In this document: piece after piece, positions 1 to 14,700 of the stretch
Position numbering within the stretch: the first letter of the stretch is position 1
Layout of the letters: each line of letters starts with the position of its first letter
NCBI RefSeq assembly: GCF_035084215.1
Contig: NC_090347.1
Span: 8,742,001-8,806,000 of the forward strand
Source of the DNA: Heptranchias perlo
Lineage: Eukaryota
Length of the DNA: 64,000 nt
Direction: 5' to 3'
Translations under genes and position numbers: made by a program
Notes under the pieces: model-generated
The model's input: the letters and a program-made list of their open reading frames with translations, nothing else
What the model was told of the DNA's origin: nothing
Database searches by the model: none

Positions 1-465
1 CAGTATGTTGTAGTTTACATTTGTCCGAAGTATTGCAATTTTCCTGGAATGTTTTATGTGGTTAGGTGCTTTAAAGAAAATCATGGATTTTGTGCTCATC
101 AAGCTAAGGGATGTTTGGGCTAGGGAATGAAACAGTCTCTATGTTCTCCAGCTTTATCACATCAGTGAAAACTAAATCCAGGCATATTGTTGGGATAGAG
201 GGGAGAAAATCTGAATCTAACAAAAGCTTTTTAAAACAATGCCAGAAGTTGTACAGCGTAATATTTTAAAACCAGTTTTGCATTCTAAGACTGCAAGAGT
301 TTTGAGTAAATGTCTAGTAATTTACACTGTCTAATTTGAGTAAATGTCCAGCAATTTCTAGAAATTATATGAAATTGACAAATGTAAAAAAAAAATTCAG
401 ATGGCTGGATCTTGAAATTGATTTTTCTTTTTAAAATCCATAGTGAACCCTCAATGCAAACATTA

Positions 466-650
466 AGCACTCCCAGGGCAGGTATAGCATGGGTTAGTTG
501 CAGAGTGAAGCTCCTTCAATGCTGTCCCATCAAATGCTCCCAGGCCAGGTACAGCATGGGTTAAATTCAGCACAAAATTCCCTCTACTCTTCCTAACAAT
601 GTGCCTCAGTTCCAACCTCAGATGAGCACCCCCTACTGCATCAGTGTGGC
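466..650 (-). mobile_element. LF-SINE-like 3' fragment with a duplicated ~65-nt unit
   Basis: Two copies of ctcccagg(g/c)caggta(t/c)agcatgggtta; the reverse complement resembles the LF-SINE tail (ccatgctgtacctg). Confidence 0.5.
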
Positions 651-1645
651 ATTTAGATTATATTTTTAAATGCATGTTACAAGCATTTTGTTTTCATTGG
701 TGTGATTGATCCATATACATGTGGAATCACTAAATTGTGATAAAGGACTACAGAATAAAATGCCAAGGATGAATAGAGTACATATCATAACTGCTCATTG
801 GCAAATATTCCAACATGCTACCATTTCCACAAACGGTCCTTCCTCTTCCTCCCCTCCTCAAACTGCTCTCCAGCAATACAAGCTGATGACCAGTTTCCAA
901 ATTTCTCCAAATATGCTTTCTATCCAGCTACAAGCTTTGCAAGAGCAGATATGCCCTCCAACTCTCTCCAAACCTGCCAATGGAAAAGCACTCAACTTCT
1001 GCTCAATACACAGCGACATGGCTCAAATTCGAAATTTTCAAGCATGTCCGTACCCTAAAATCTTGTGATATGCACTTTTTTCCCTTTAAAAGCTACTTTT
1101 TAAATGTTAATTTTGTCCCCTCTTCAAGGTTCGGTCTCCTGACTGGATGCTAGCTGCCATTTGTATTGTGCGAACCTAGACAGTGACCATTGGCAGGCTA
1201 TTTAAGCATGGAGGGCATTATAGCCAAGGCCAATTCTATCTTCACCTGATGTCCTCACATACACTTTTGCTGGATAGTGATCAGGTGCAGAAACCCTGAC
1301 TGATTTTTCCCTCTTTATCCTTGGGATATCAAGACCTGCTAGAGATCAGCACAAACCAGGAATTGTGCCTGTGAACTATATGATTGAGACTTGAGCTTGG
1401 TTTCAAAAATGCCAAGCCATTTCCTATTCTGTTCTATATATTTTAGCCTATCTTATGAAAGCATGGAGTCACATTTCTATTTACAAAAGGTGTCTGATTC
1501 TAGTTTCAATGAGCTCTTCCATTTTCAAATCCTCTATCATTGGAACTAATCTGTTAACTCTTTCTCTGCTTTTGATTAAAACAAATTTTCAGAATCACCA
1601 GTTTTGGCTATCCTCACCCATTTTACAAAGTTTAATTTAATCTGC

Positions 1646-1966
1646 GGACTGGATGGCTCAGCGGGCTATCACACCGTCCTTTCAATCCCGAGACCTGTGT
1701 TTGAATCCAGCTAAAACTGATGTCCCTACCATGTACAAGAGTCACAAGTGAAATAAGTTTTAGTGTCAACCTAGTTTCTATTGGGTGTGACTTCAAAACA
1801 GGTCATAAATCAACACAAATTAGAAGTTGGCTGTCTGATCCAGAGAATCAGATTGACTGATGTAGGAAATAGAATTGTCAAATCAATGTAGAGTTCTGAA
1901 GTGGTGTTTTAAAATACACTGCTGTCATATATGGAGGGATCTTTACTCTAACTGGTATGCTATAAT
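1646..1966 (+). mobile_element. LF-SINE-like ancient tRNA-derived SINE
   Basis: Starts GGACTGGATGGCTCAG, has B-box-like tttgaatccagc and gtgaaataagtt, matching the LF-SINE 5' region as I recall it. Confidence 0.5.
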
Positions 1967-3402
1967 TTATCAGAGAGATTGTATATTGACATGTTATGAG
2001 CCAAAAAGCATTCCATTCCCCAGCAACAGCACTCCGCAACAGAAGAAGCACGAAAATTCATAAATAAAAAATATAAGTTTAGAAAAGGCTTTAAAAAGTA
2101 TCTGTGAACGTACACACCATAAACCTGTCATGAAATGCAACACAACAGACACCAGATTTACTGTGCAGCTAACTATCAGAAGATGTTACAGGATAAGGAC
2201 AAGAACTACATTAATTTAGACTTTACAAAAGTACCAAAATAAATTATTTCCTCCCCATCCCCATATTTGATCCCCAATCTATGTTGCGTTAGCTCATCTC
2301 AACCAGATCGGCAAAGGGGACACAATAACTTGTCTCAGCACCTCTCGACTAGGAAGGGGACAAAACAGCACCTCCATAGTCAAACAGCCTGCTGACACTC
2401 ACTGTCTGGACTCTCACAAAGAATGGCCATTTGACTGAGGTACTGGAAAGTGGTTGGCACCCACAGAACTCTATGCAGCACAAGGCAAGTCTTCAGGAGC
2501 AAAGGGAAAACTTAATTGTGTTCAGAATGAGATTATGACGAAGGTGGTGACCATGTTTCCCACAATAATCATCCATGACAATTACAGGACTAAGATCTTA
2601 AAAGGGACAAAGGCTATGGATAATTCTTGCTTTCCCCCATCCTACCCATCAAATGTGAATGATGGTCATGGTTTTTGTATGCAGATGCTGAGTGAGCAGG
2701 AATTATGAGAATGTTAAATATTTGGGCAGGAAAGGGTAAACGACCAAATGTTTACATAATACCAAATAACCAGGCACTCAAGAAATTTGCCTGCATTAAA
2801 AATCTTAAAACATGCAGTCAAATTAATCCAGTCTCCTCAGCAGTTAAATGTACTGTATGGTGTCTCGTAGCCATACAGACCAATCGATTGGCGTCGGTTT
2901 CTCTTAGCCAGTGTCATCACTCCTGAGTGCTATCTAGCAACCTCTACCGGAAGGACATTTGTATCGATATTGAGTACAGATAGAATTAGGCTTAGCTTCA
3001 GCTATGATGGTTGCCAATGCTAAGTGCTCCCCTCCCCAACATTCATCCAGGTTACACAGGAAGAATGGCTGTTTGGGTTAGGTACCAGTGCTGTACATTT
3101 CCATGGATGTCAGCAGCCCAGTACAAATTGTTGCCTTCTGTAAAAGAGGGGTGGAGGAGAATAACTTTGTTCTCTCTCCAATCTTCTTCACAAAGCTCAC
3201 ATTACAAATATGTACATACATGCAATAAAAAGGATTGCTTTATCCTGATCTCACTGGAAATAGAAAATACTAGATAATTAGTACTAAATGCAAAATAATA
3301 ACAGAAGTACACTGACAATAGAGAATACTTAACATTCATAAAATAATCCTGACTTTGTAGCTACAAAGGCTTAAAACTGGGAATTATTTGCAGAGGCAAT
3401 CA

Positions 3403-3612
<210 letters not shown>

Positions 3613-4679
3613 TCAGGAAAAAAACTCAAGACTTGAAGGGCAAGTCGCACAAATAATAATTTAAATTCTATGATATTTTTGCTCACATATTTAACATAAA
3701 GCTGCCTAAAATTTGGTGTAGATCAAGATAACAATAGGTTTGAAAGTAATCACACTGCGAGGTGATTTGAAATAGATTATTGTTAAGACCAGAGCGAACT
3801 GAATTTCACATACATGTATTTATTTATTTTTTTAAAAAGAGATTTACCAGTAATATTCTGGTTTGATTAAGTTCATAAAATTGAATCTGAGAATATGATA
3901 CAATGTGAAAAAGTCACAAATACACACATTATTTTCACACTACTTTCCAAATCAGTGAAAAATGATCTGCAGATACCCAAGAATGAAAAATGGGCAAAAG
4001 AACAGATGCTAGTGCCCTGTAATTGGAATGTCAGCAGAAAATATCTAAAACCTTTTAACATTTAACTCAGCAGAAAAAACAACTACTGGCAGCTTATCCC
4101 AAATCTTGATGAACATGTAAGGAAAGCTGCCCCTGTAGATTGCTAGAATTTGCAATTATCTCAGTTACAGCATGAGCAGCACCAGCCTTCTCCAACTGCA
4201 TGCTCTCTATGTATAAATAATTCTATACAGTTCTTCAAATAGTGGAAAGTTAACATTCAATGGATGTATGATATTGAAGGGGTTGTTCATGGAGCAGATT
4301 CAACACTTTACATGCTCTTCACCTAATTGAGTTTGTTTTTAGGTATGACCCACTTGTAAATTCTAAAGCTGAATAAAGCAAAGAGGTATACAATGTTACC
4401 TCTTAAAAGCATACTCTAAGATTCCTCTAAAAGGGCTGGATGGGGGTTGAAGAAGAGAAAGAGGACAAGAGATACTGAATAGTCCATACAAACCAAAAAA
4501 AAGTCCCAGGTTGGAACTCTGGTCTGTACCAGTTTAATCAATTTTACCGAGGAAGAGTGGTTGAGATGCCACAGTAGGGTTCAGCATTCCTGGACTGAGG
4601 GCTGCAGGAAATTTGCCTGTTTTTAAAAAAAAGTTGCTGTACAGTGACCCCTTATGGAAAAACGTATGTGTTTGGCCTT

Positions 4680-5392
4680 GCATCCCTCACCACTCACATC
4701 CCCGTCCCACCCCACCCTTGGAAAAAACTCTCCCCTAAATCACGTACAATGGCACTTTCAAACTCCCAACTGTCTAGCCTTTGGTTGTCCGTTCGCCACA
4801 ATACTTCTGCAGCAGTCAATTTGCTCAATAGCTTGCTCACCTCCACCTTTGATGTCCTTGTCCCCAGTAAAACCTTTACTTTCTCCCACCCTGGTTATTC
4901 CCCTGGTGCAGTCCCTATCTTTGCTCCCTTAAGTCCAAGGGACACAGATTTGAATGTTTATGGCATACAACTGGATTAGTCATTTAATTGCCAATCTGGC
5001 TGACCACATCAAGGACTATTGGGTCCTGGTCTCTTCTGCCGAAACTGCTCACTACGACAGGATCATCCTGAAATGCAAAAATACCCTGACTTCTTTTCTC
5101 CACTACCAACCATCTCCTTAAACCTCTCTCCGCTCACCTCCAACAAATACCAAAAGCTCATGGACTTCTTTCTCACTAAGATTGAGAACATCAGTTCAGC
5201 TGACCCTGCTGCATTCCCCCCTTCCCCACCAAGCCAAACTTCCTCCCAGGTTCCCCAGCCCTGAACCCGCATCTTTCTCTAGTTTCTCACCTATCTTCCC
5301 TCTTGTGCTCTCTGAGCTCATCGTGTCCTTGAGACCCACTTCCTGCTCTTTCGACCCGATTCCCAATAAAGTGCTGACCACCCAACTTGACC
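4680..5392 (+). mobile_element. L2-type LINE fragment
   Basis: C-rich L2-like ORF2 remnants (MDFFLTKIENI, RPTSCSFDPIP). Confidence 0.7.
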
Positions 5393-6079
5393 GCACCTGT
5401 TGAGTGTTTCCAGAATTTCCTGTTTTTACTTAAACGATTTGTTGTACAAGCAATCCAAGACAATTTTATTAGTGAATCCAGTTTTTAATTTGCAGCATTT
5501 AAGCAAGGGAAAGGAGAGGGGCAGTGCTCATACTTATAAAATAATAATCTTTATAAATGTACTTCCATTTTCTTAAGAAAGATTGCATGTCGCTTATCAG
5601 TACCAGACAAAGCAAACAGAAGAGAGATCTAAGGTAGATACTGCACAAATGATCCTTGATGTAAACATTTCTTTATTCCACATCAATTTTTCTTATAACC
5701 ATTGTAATACCATCCTCCAACCAAAATTTTAATTCTTTTAATTCCAAATCAGAAATGATACATTGCCTTCAATGCCATGTTGGACTGTACAGGAAACCAC
5801 TCAATAAAATTTCTATGAAAAGTTCACATTAATTTTTACCATATTAAATCTATAGTAGTGTTAGTACTTTTCCACTGTTGGCAAAGCTACATACAGTGCT
5901 CTGAACTATCACGTATGTACCTGTAAATATCCCTATGGCTTTTTGTTTATGCTGAAGCCAAGTGGATCAAATAGCTATGAGATAATGATAAACAAACTAC
6001 ACCAGGAAATTAAAGTTAGCTTTTTCCTTTTAAAAAAAGGGTTAATTCACATTCAGCAACTACCTTGCATTACAGTTCA

Positions 6080-6205
<126 letters not shown>

Positions 6206-8841
6206 TTAATCACAACTGCATTGAAATACTTGTAAATGTTTTATATTTCAGTGAAGATCATTAGCAAACAGTTCTCACAACTCATTCATTTCATCATATT
6301 GAATAAATTAGTAAGTAACAACAAACAGGAAAAATGCTTCGGCTGCATCAGCTGCACCCCATATTAGAGATAGTGCAAAGCTACCCTGGTGTTATTCGTA
6401 ATATGCTTTAACCCACTGTTCGAGCAGCATGTTTTTGAGTTTCGAGGGTTGCCAGTTTGGATTTGGCCTGGTGCTTCAAGGCTCAAATCCTTTGATGTCA
6501 CTAATCTTTTCATCTTCCTTCTCCAACCCCCCTCACCAAACTAGAAAACCAAAATATTTTCAAATCCTTGAAAGTTAGAAGATGGGATAGTTTTTCAGCT
6601 TACCTCTCCAGTAAATCAACATGGGACCTTGTAACACAAATTAGCTATGAGAGAAACTTTATACTTATGAAATCATCTTGCATTTTGATTTCATTAAGTG
6701 TAGCGTAAAGCTTTGAAAGTGATGATGTGTGTTCACCTATGGGACTTGGGCTAGAATCCAACCAAAGCAGATGTGAAGACAGTTTCCTGACAAATGCAAG
6801 GGACCTAATAAGCTTTAGCAGTCTAAATCACAGTATTCAAGACCTCTGCACAATATTTTCATCAAATTTAACATTACTCTGGCAACCCTAGAAACTCAAA
6901 AATATGCTGATAGAACAGAGAGTTAAAGCATATTAGGAATAACACCAGGGCAACATTGCACTCTCTCTAATATGGGGTACAGCTGATGGAGCTGAAGCAT
7001 TCTTCCTGTTCGCCAGCATCATCAATCCCTCACACTGATGAGCAGAAATACATAAAAAAGAAAAACTGCATTGTACGGTTTCTTCCTCTACACCCTAAAT
7101 TTAATTTCACTGCCAATGTATAAAATGTTTTAAACATATTAGAACATGATTTCTACAGAAGTGTTGATGCATTTCAGTTGCGTATTCCATGGGTTTCAAT
7201 TCTTATAAGCCATAACTTAAAGTTGCGGAGCAATTTTATTCTCTACATGGATGATTTTTGAGGCTGAATTGTTTATGAACTCTTTGGTTATAGAAGTTAC
7301 TATATGATGACTTCAGCAGCAGTTGCATGCCAAAATAAAAAGCATAAACAGATTTGCATCGCTGTAATTTATTTAAGGCGACTGTGAATAAAGATCTATT
7401 CCTTGGTCCAGTATTTTATAAAATAAAGAATGTCTGATTTTCTACCAAGAAGCACATCTTGGCAGTGTGAAGTAGGGAAGCATAAAGCAAGAAGTTGGTT
7501 CCTTCACAGGTGATGGGAGATGTGGGAGAGTCAATACATTTTAAAAAGGCTCCTTAAAATTACATACATATATTTCTCATCAGTTTTCTCCCCTCTCCTG
7601 AAGGCATCAACTCCTTCCTGTGATGCTGTTCTGTGGGTATTTGCCAACCTCTGACACTATGATCAAATGGCCATTAATCATCAACAATAACTGTTGGCAG
7701 GCTATTCAACTGCATAGGGCATCACCGTGGATCCTAATCTGGGCATGACACACAGGTCTAGCAAATGTTGCTGAATAGTGATCAGGTGCAAGAAACCTGG
7801 ATGATTTTGAGCCCCGAATGCCAGGAGTACTAAGGCCTACTCCCTACTCCAGCTGAGATCAATTTAGCACAGAAAGGTAGGGTTACTTGAAACGTTAACC
7901 CTCCCTTCCTCTATCCACAGATGCTGTCTGACCTGCTGAGTGTTTCCACAATTTTCTGTTTATATTTCAGATTTTCAGCATCAGTTTTGGGTTCAGTTTT
8001 AAAGCCATTTGAATTTATAGAACTGGGATCCTCTATACAATGAACTGGGCCATCGCCTGAACCACTACTGTGAACCCATGCTCTCAGTGTCCTTCATTCA
8101 CATGATAGATGAGCAAGGGTACATTTTTACAAAATTAAATTATATTGTACGAATTCAGTAAAAAAGGGAATCTTTAGTTTGCCCTCCTTTCTTCCCCTCT
8201 CATCTTGGGTTCAGTGGTATCATACAAGACCACCACTGTATTTTGTTTAAGTACAATGCTGAACATTTATGATTACAGTTTGAAGTAGTTGCCCAATTTT
8301 AATTTGTTTGGAAGGGGCACAGAGAAAGAGCACAAATAATTTCAGTTTATATTTTTAGTACACAAACTCGAATGTTTTCTAATGTACATCTCTTTCCCCC
8401 CTTCTTTAGCAGGACAATTTAGCAAGCGCTCATTTACAGATCATACCATGATCACTGCAAAATAAGCACTTTTGAATTCTCTGAAGTTGCAATATACTGT
8501 GACTGGATCTCGTGATTCAGCGGAACAGGATGTACCATTGATCAAAGAAATGGTGGTATTTGGTGATTTCACACCATGTGCCCTCTAGTGGCTATTGGAA
8601 AAGTAGTAGAAGCAAGTTACTTGCTCAGCCACAGTGATGGGAGACCGTAGAAGCAGGAAGAAAGTGGGGTTGATTCATTCGCATTAAAATATCTGGCAAC
8701 ACACGTCACAGTCTGACACTGTTGGAGTTGTGTGGCAGACATTGTGCACTGCACTAGAATTTGAAGAGGTATGAGTTAATCTGTACTTCAATTAATGTTT
8801 GATGCTATGAAATCATATTATAGTATCATAGTACGGGTACA

Positions 8842-11714
8842 GGTACGGTAGCATAGTAGTTATGTTACTAGACTAATAATCCAGAGGCCTGAACTAGTAA
8901 TCCAGAATCATGAATTCAAATCCTGCCGCAGCAGCTGGGGAATTTAAATTCAATTAATTGAATAAAATCTGGAATAAAAAACAATGGTGACCATGAAACT
9001 ACCGGATTGTCGTAAAAACCCATCTGGTTCACAAATGTCCTTTACGGAAGGAAACCTGCTGTTTGTACGTGGTCTGGCCTATATGAGACTCCAGACCCAC
9101 AGCAATGTGGTTGATTCTTAATCGCCCTCTGAAATGGCCTAGCAAGCCACTCAGTTGTACAATCTCGCTACGAAAAGTGATAATAAGAATAAAACTGGAC
9201 ATGACAAAGGCGAAGCAAGCCCAGTTGACCCTGCAAAGTCCTCCTCACTAACATCTGGGAACTTGTGCCAAAATTGGGAGCGCTGTCCCACGGACTAGTC
9301 AAGCAACAGCCTAACAGAGCCACACTCTCACAATCATACCTTTCAGCCAACGTCCCAGACTCTTCCATCACCATCCCTGGGTATGTCCTGTCCCACCGGC
9401 AGGACAGACCCACCAGAGGTGGCGGTACAGTGATATACAGTCAGGAGGGAGTGGCCCTGGGAGTCCTCAACATCGACTCCGGACCCCATGAAATCTCATA
9501 GCATCAGGTCAAACATGGGCAAGGAAACCTCCTGCTGATTACCACCTACCGCCCTCCTTCAGCTGATGAATCAGTCCTCCTCCATGTTGAGCACCACTAG
9601 GAGGAAGCACTGAGCGTAGTTAGAACACAGAATGTACTCTGGGTGGGGGACTTCAACGTTCCTCACCAAGAGTGGCTCGGTAGCACCACTACTGACCGAG
9701 CTGGTCGAGTCCTGAAGGACATAGCTGCCGGACTGGGCCTGCGGCAGGTGGTGAGCGAACCAACACGAGGGAAAAACCTACTTGACCTCGTCCTCACCAA
9801 TCTACCTGTCGCAGATACATCTGTCCATGACAGTATTGGTAGGAGTGACCACCGCACAGTCCTTGTGGAGACAAAGTCCCATCTTCACACTGAGGACACC
9901 ATCCAACGTGTTGTGTGGCACTATCACCGTGCTAAATGGAATAGACTCAGAACAGATCTAGCAGCTCAAAACTGGGCATCCATGAGGCGCTGTGGCCCAT
10001 CAGCAGTAGCAGAACTGTATTCCAGCACAATTTGTAACCTCATGGTCCGACATCTTCAGCCAGAAATGCCGAGTAGATGATCCATCTCGGCCACTTCCCG
10101 ATATCCCCACCATCACAGAAGCCAGTCTTCAGCCAATTCGATTCACTCCACGTGATATCAAGAAACGGCTGAGTGCACTGGATACAACAAAGGCCATGGG
10201 CCCTGACAACATCCCGGCTGTAGTGCTGAAGACTTGTGCTCCAGAACTAGCCGCGCCTCTAGTCAAACTGTTCCAGTACAGCTACAGCACTGGCATCTAC
10301 CTGACAATGTGGAAAACTGTCCAGGTATGTCCTGTCCACATAAAGCAGGACAAATCCAATCCGGCCAATTACCGCCCCATCAGTCTACTCTCAATCATCA
10401 GCAAAGTGATGAAGGTGTCGTCGACAGTACTCTCAAGTGGCACTTACTCACCAATGCTCAGTTTAGGTTCCGCTAGGACCACTTAGCTCCGGACCTCATT
10501 ACAGCCTTGGTCCAAACATGGACAAAAAAGCTGAATTCCAGAGGTGAGGTGAGAGTGACTGCCCTTGACATCAAGGCAGCATTTGACAGAGTGTGGCACC
10601 AAGGAGCCCAAGTAAAATTGAAGTCATTGGGAATCAGTGGCTGGAGTCATACCTAGCACAAAGGAAGATGGTAGTGGTTGTTGGAGGCCAATCATCTCAG
10701 CCCCAGGACATTGCTGCAGGAGTTCCTCAGGGCAGTGTCCTTGGCCCAACCATCTTCAGCTGCTTCATCAATGTCCTTCCCTCCATCATAAGGTCAGAAA
10801 TGGGGATGTTCGCTGATGACTGCACAGTGTTCAGTTCCATTCGCAACCCCTCAGATAATGAAGCAGTCCATGCCCGCATGCAGCAAGTCCTGGACATCAT
10901 CCAGGCTTGGGCTGATAAGTGGCAAGTAACATTCGCGTCAGACAAGTGCCAGGCAATGACCATCTCCAACAAGACAGAGTCTAACCACCTCCCCTTGACA
11001 TTCAACGGCATTACTATCGCCGAATCCCCCACCATCAACATTCTGGGGGTCACCATTGACCAGAAACTTAACTGGACTAGCCACATAAATACTGTGGCTA
11101 TAAGAGCAGGTCAGAGGCTGGGTATTCTGTGGCGAGTGACTCACCTCCTGACTCCCCAAAGCCTTTCCACCATCGAAAAAGCACAAGTCAGGAGTGTGGT
11201 GAAATACTCTCCACTTGCCTGGATGAGTGCAGCTCCAACAACACTCAAGAAGCTTGACACCATCCAGGGCAAAGCAGTCTGCTTGATTGACACCATCCAC
11301 CACCCTAAACGTTCACTCCCTTCACCACCAACGTACCATGGCTGCAGTGTTTACCATCTACAGGATGCACTGCAGCAACTCACCAAGGCTTCTTCGAAAG
11401 CACCTCCCAAACCCGCGACCTCTACCATCTAGAAGGACAAGGGCAGCAGGCACATGGGAACAACACCACCTGCACGTTCCCCTCCAAGTCACACACCATC
11501 CCGACTTGGAAATATATCGCCGTTCCTTCATTGTCGCTGGATCAAAATCCTGGAACTCCCTTCCTAACAGCACTGTGGGAGAACCTTCACCACACTGACT
11601 GCAGCGGTTCAAGAAGGCGGCTCACCACCACCTTCTCAAAGGCAATTAGGGATGGGCAATAAATGCTGGCCTTGCCAGCGACGCCCACATCCCATGAACA
11701 AATTTTTTTTAAAA
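8842..11714 (+). mobile_element. Near-full-length degenerate non-LTR retrotransposon (CR1/L2-group APE endonuclease + RT) with a tRNA-like 5' head
   Basis: EN motifs (GDFN, LDLVLTN, SDH) and RT motifs (YRPISLL, GVPQGSVLGP, FADD) in frameshifted ORFs. 3' AATAAA followed by a GCTGGC-ctt-GCCAGC hairpin. Confidence 0.9.
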
Positions 11715-14700
11715 GTCGGTCCAGCACAGGAGGAAGCCATTTGGCCAATTGTGTCTGTGCCGGCTCTTTGAAAGAGCAATCCATTTAGTCCCATTCCTCT
11801 GCTCTTTCCCCATAGCCCTGTAATTTTTTTTCCTTCAAGTATTTATCTATTTCCCTTTTGAAAGTTACTATTGAATCTGCATCCACCACCCTTTCAGGCA
11901 GTGCATTCCAGATGATTACAACTTGCTGCGTAAAAAAATGTTTTCTCATGTCGCCTCTGGCTCTTTTGCCAATCACCTTAAATCTGTGTCCTCTGGTTGC
12001 AGAACTTTCTGCCACTGGAAACAGTTTCTCCTTATTTACTCTGTCAAAACCATGCATGATTTTGAACACCTCTTTCAAATCTCCCCTTAACCATCTGTTT
12101 TAAGGAGAACAACCCCAGCTTCTCCAGTCTCTCATCCCTTGTACCAGTCTAGTAAATCTCTTCTGCATCCTCTCTAAGGCCTGGACATCTTTCTTAAAGT
12201 GTGATGCCCAGAATTGAACAATACTCCAGCTGAGGCCTACCCAGTGTTTAATAAAGGTTAGCATAACCTCCTTGCTTTTGTACTCTATGCCTTTATTAAT
12301 TAAGCCCAGGATCCCATATGCTTTTTAAAAAAAAATAGCCTTCTCAACTTGTCCTGCCACCTTCAAAGATTTATGTATGTGCATCCCCAGGTCTCTGTTC
12401 ATGGACTCCCTTTAAAATTGTACCATTTAGTTTATATTGCCTGTCTTCATTCTTCCTACCAAAATGTATCACTTCACACTGCTCTGCGTTAAATTTCATC
12501 TGCCATGTGTCTGCCCATTTCACCAGTCTGTCTGTTACTATCCTTCACATCGTATAGTACATTTCTGAGTTTTGAGTCATCTGCAAACTTTGAAATTATA
12601 CCCTCTATACCCAACAAGAGAGAGAGTCTAACCACCTCCCCATGACATTCAATGGCATTATCATTGCCGAATCCCCCACCATCAACATCCTGGGGGTCAC
12701 CATTGACTAGAAACTTAACTGAACCAGCCACATAAATACTGCGGCGACAAGAACAGGTCAGAGGCTGGGTATTCTGCGGCAAGTGACACACCTCCTGACT
12801 CCCCAAAGCCTTTCCACCATCTACAAGGCACAAGTGAGGTGTGTGATGGAATACTCTCCACTTGCCTGGATGAGTGCAGCTCCAACAACACTCAAGAAGC
12901 TCGACACCATCCAGGACAAAGCAGCCCACTTGATTGGCACTCCACCCTAAACATTCACTCCCTTCACCACCGGCGCACCATGGCTGCAGTGTGTACCATC
13001 CACAGCAACTCAACAAGGCTTCTTCGACAGCACCTCCCAAACCCGCGACCTCTACCACCTAGAAGGACAAGGGCAGCAGGCACATGGGAACAACACCACC
13101 TGCACGTTCCCCTCCAAGTCACACACCATCCCGACTTGGAAATATATCACCATTCCTTCATCGTCGCTGGGTCAAAATCCTGGAACTCCCCACCTAACAG
13201 CACTGAGAGAGAACCTTCACCACATGGACTGCAGCGGTCAAGAAGGCTGCTCACCACCACCTTCTCGAGGGCAATTAGGGATGGGCAATAAATGCTTGCC
13301 TTGCCAGTGACGCCCACATCCCATGAGCGAATAAAAAACGTCCAGGTCATTAATATATATAATCAAAAAGAGCAGTGGTCCTAATACTGACCCCCAGGGG
13401 AACACCACTATATACTTTCCTCCAGTCTGAAAAACAAAACAACCATTCAGCACTACTCTCTGCTTTCTGTACCCCTGCCAATTTTGTATCCACGCTGCCA
13501 CAGTCCCTTTAATCCCATGGGGTTTAATTTTGCTAACAAGTCTGTAATGTGGTACTTTATCAAATGCCTTTTGAAAGTCCATGTACACAATATCAACTAC
13601 ACTACCCTCTCTGTTACTTCATCAAATAACTCAATCATGTTAGTCAAATACAATTTCCCTTTAACAAATCAGAACTGACTTTTATTTATTAGCCCTTTAC
13701 TTTTCTAAGTGCCGATTAATTTTGTCCGGATTATTGTCTCAAAGTTTCCACACCTTTGATGTTAGGCTGACTGGCCTGTAATTGCCGGGTTTATCCCTCT
13801 TCCCTTTTTTGAACAGGGATGTGACATTTGCAATCCTCCGGCACCACCCCCATATCTAAGGAGGATTGAAAGATTGCGGCCAGAGCCTCTGCAATTTCCA
13901 CCCTTGCTTCCCTCAGTAATCTAGGATGCATCCCATCTGGACTGGGTGACTTTTTGACTTTTGAGTACTGCCAATTTTTTTTTTTTCAGTACCTCCTCTT
14001 TATCTATTTTTATCCTATCCATTATTGCTACTACCTCCTCCTTTACTGCTGCAATGGCAGCATCCTCTTCTCTAGTGAAGACGGATGCGAAGTATTCACT
14101 TAGTGCCTCAGCCATGCCCCCTACCTCCACAAAATTTCCTTTTTTGTCCCTAATCAGTCCCATAAGAACATAAGAAATAGGAGCAGGAGTCCATACTTCC
14201 TTTGACCACCCTTTTACGATTTATATGTTTATAAAAGACTTTTGGGTTCCCCTTTATGTTAGCTGCTAATCTATTCTCATACTCTCTCTTTGTCCCTTTT
14301 TTAGATCTCCTCTGCACTTTCTGTATTCAGCCTGGTTCTCTACTGTATTATGAACCTTACATTCATCAGAAGCATCCTTTTTCTGTTTCATTTTAATCTC
14401 TATATTCATCTCTATAGTCATCCAGGAAGCTCTAGCTTTGCATGCCTCCCCCCCCAACCCCGATGTGTCTACTCTGTATCCAAACCAAATCCACCTTGAA
14501 GGCCTCCGATTGTTCAATTATTGTTTTGCCTACCAATTTCTGATTCCAATTTACCTGGGCAAGATCCCTTTTTAACTCACTGAAATTTGCCCTCCTCCAG
14601 TTAAGCATTTTCACATTTGATTGTTCCTTGTCCTTTTCCACAACTATTCTAAGCTTAATGATATCATGATCACTGTTCCCCAAATGCTCCCCCACTGAAA

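Noticed and set aside
9168-11612. Intact reverse transcriptase gene
   Set aside because: Multiple stops and frameshifts, plus an internal deletion at ~10050 relative to the 52.6-kb copy; a dead copy.
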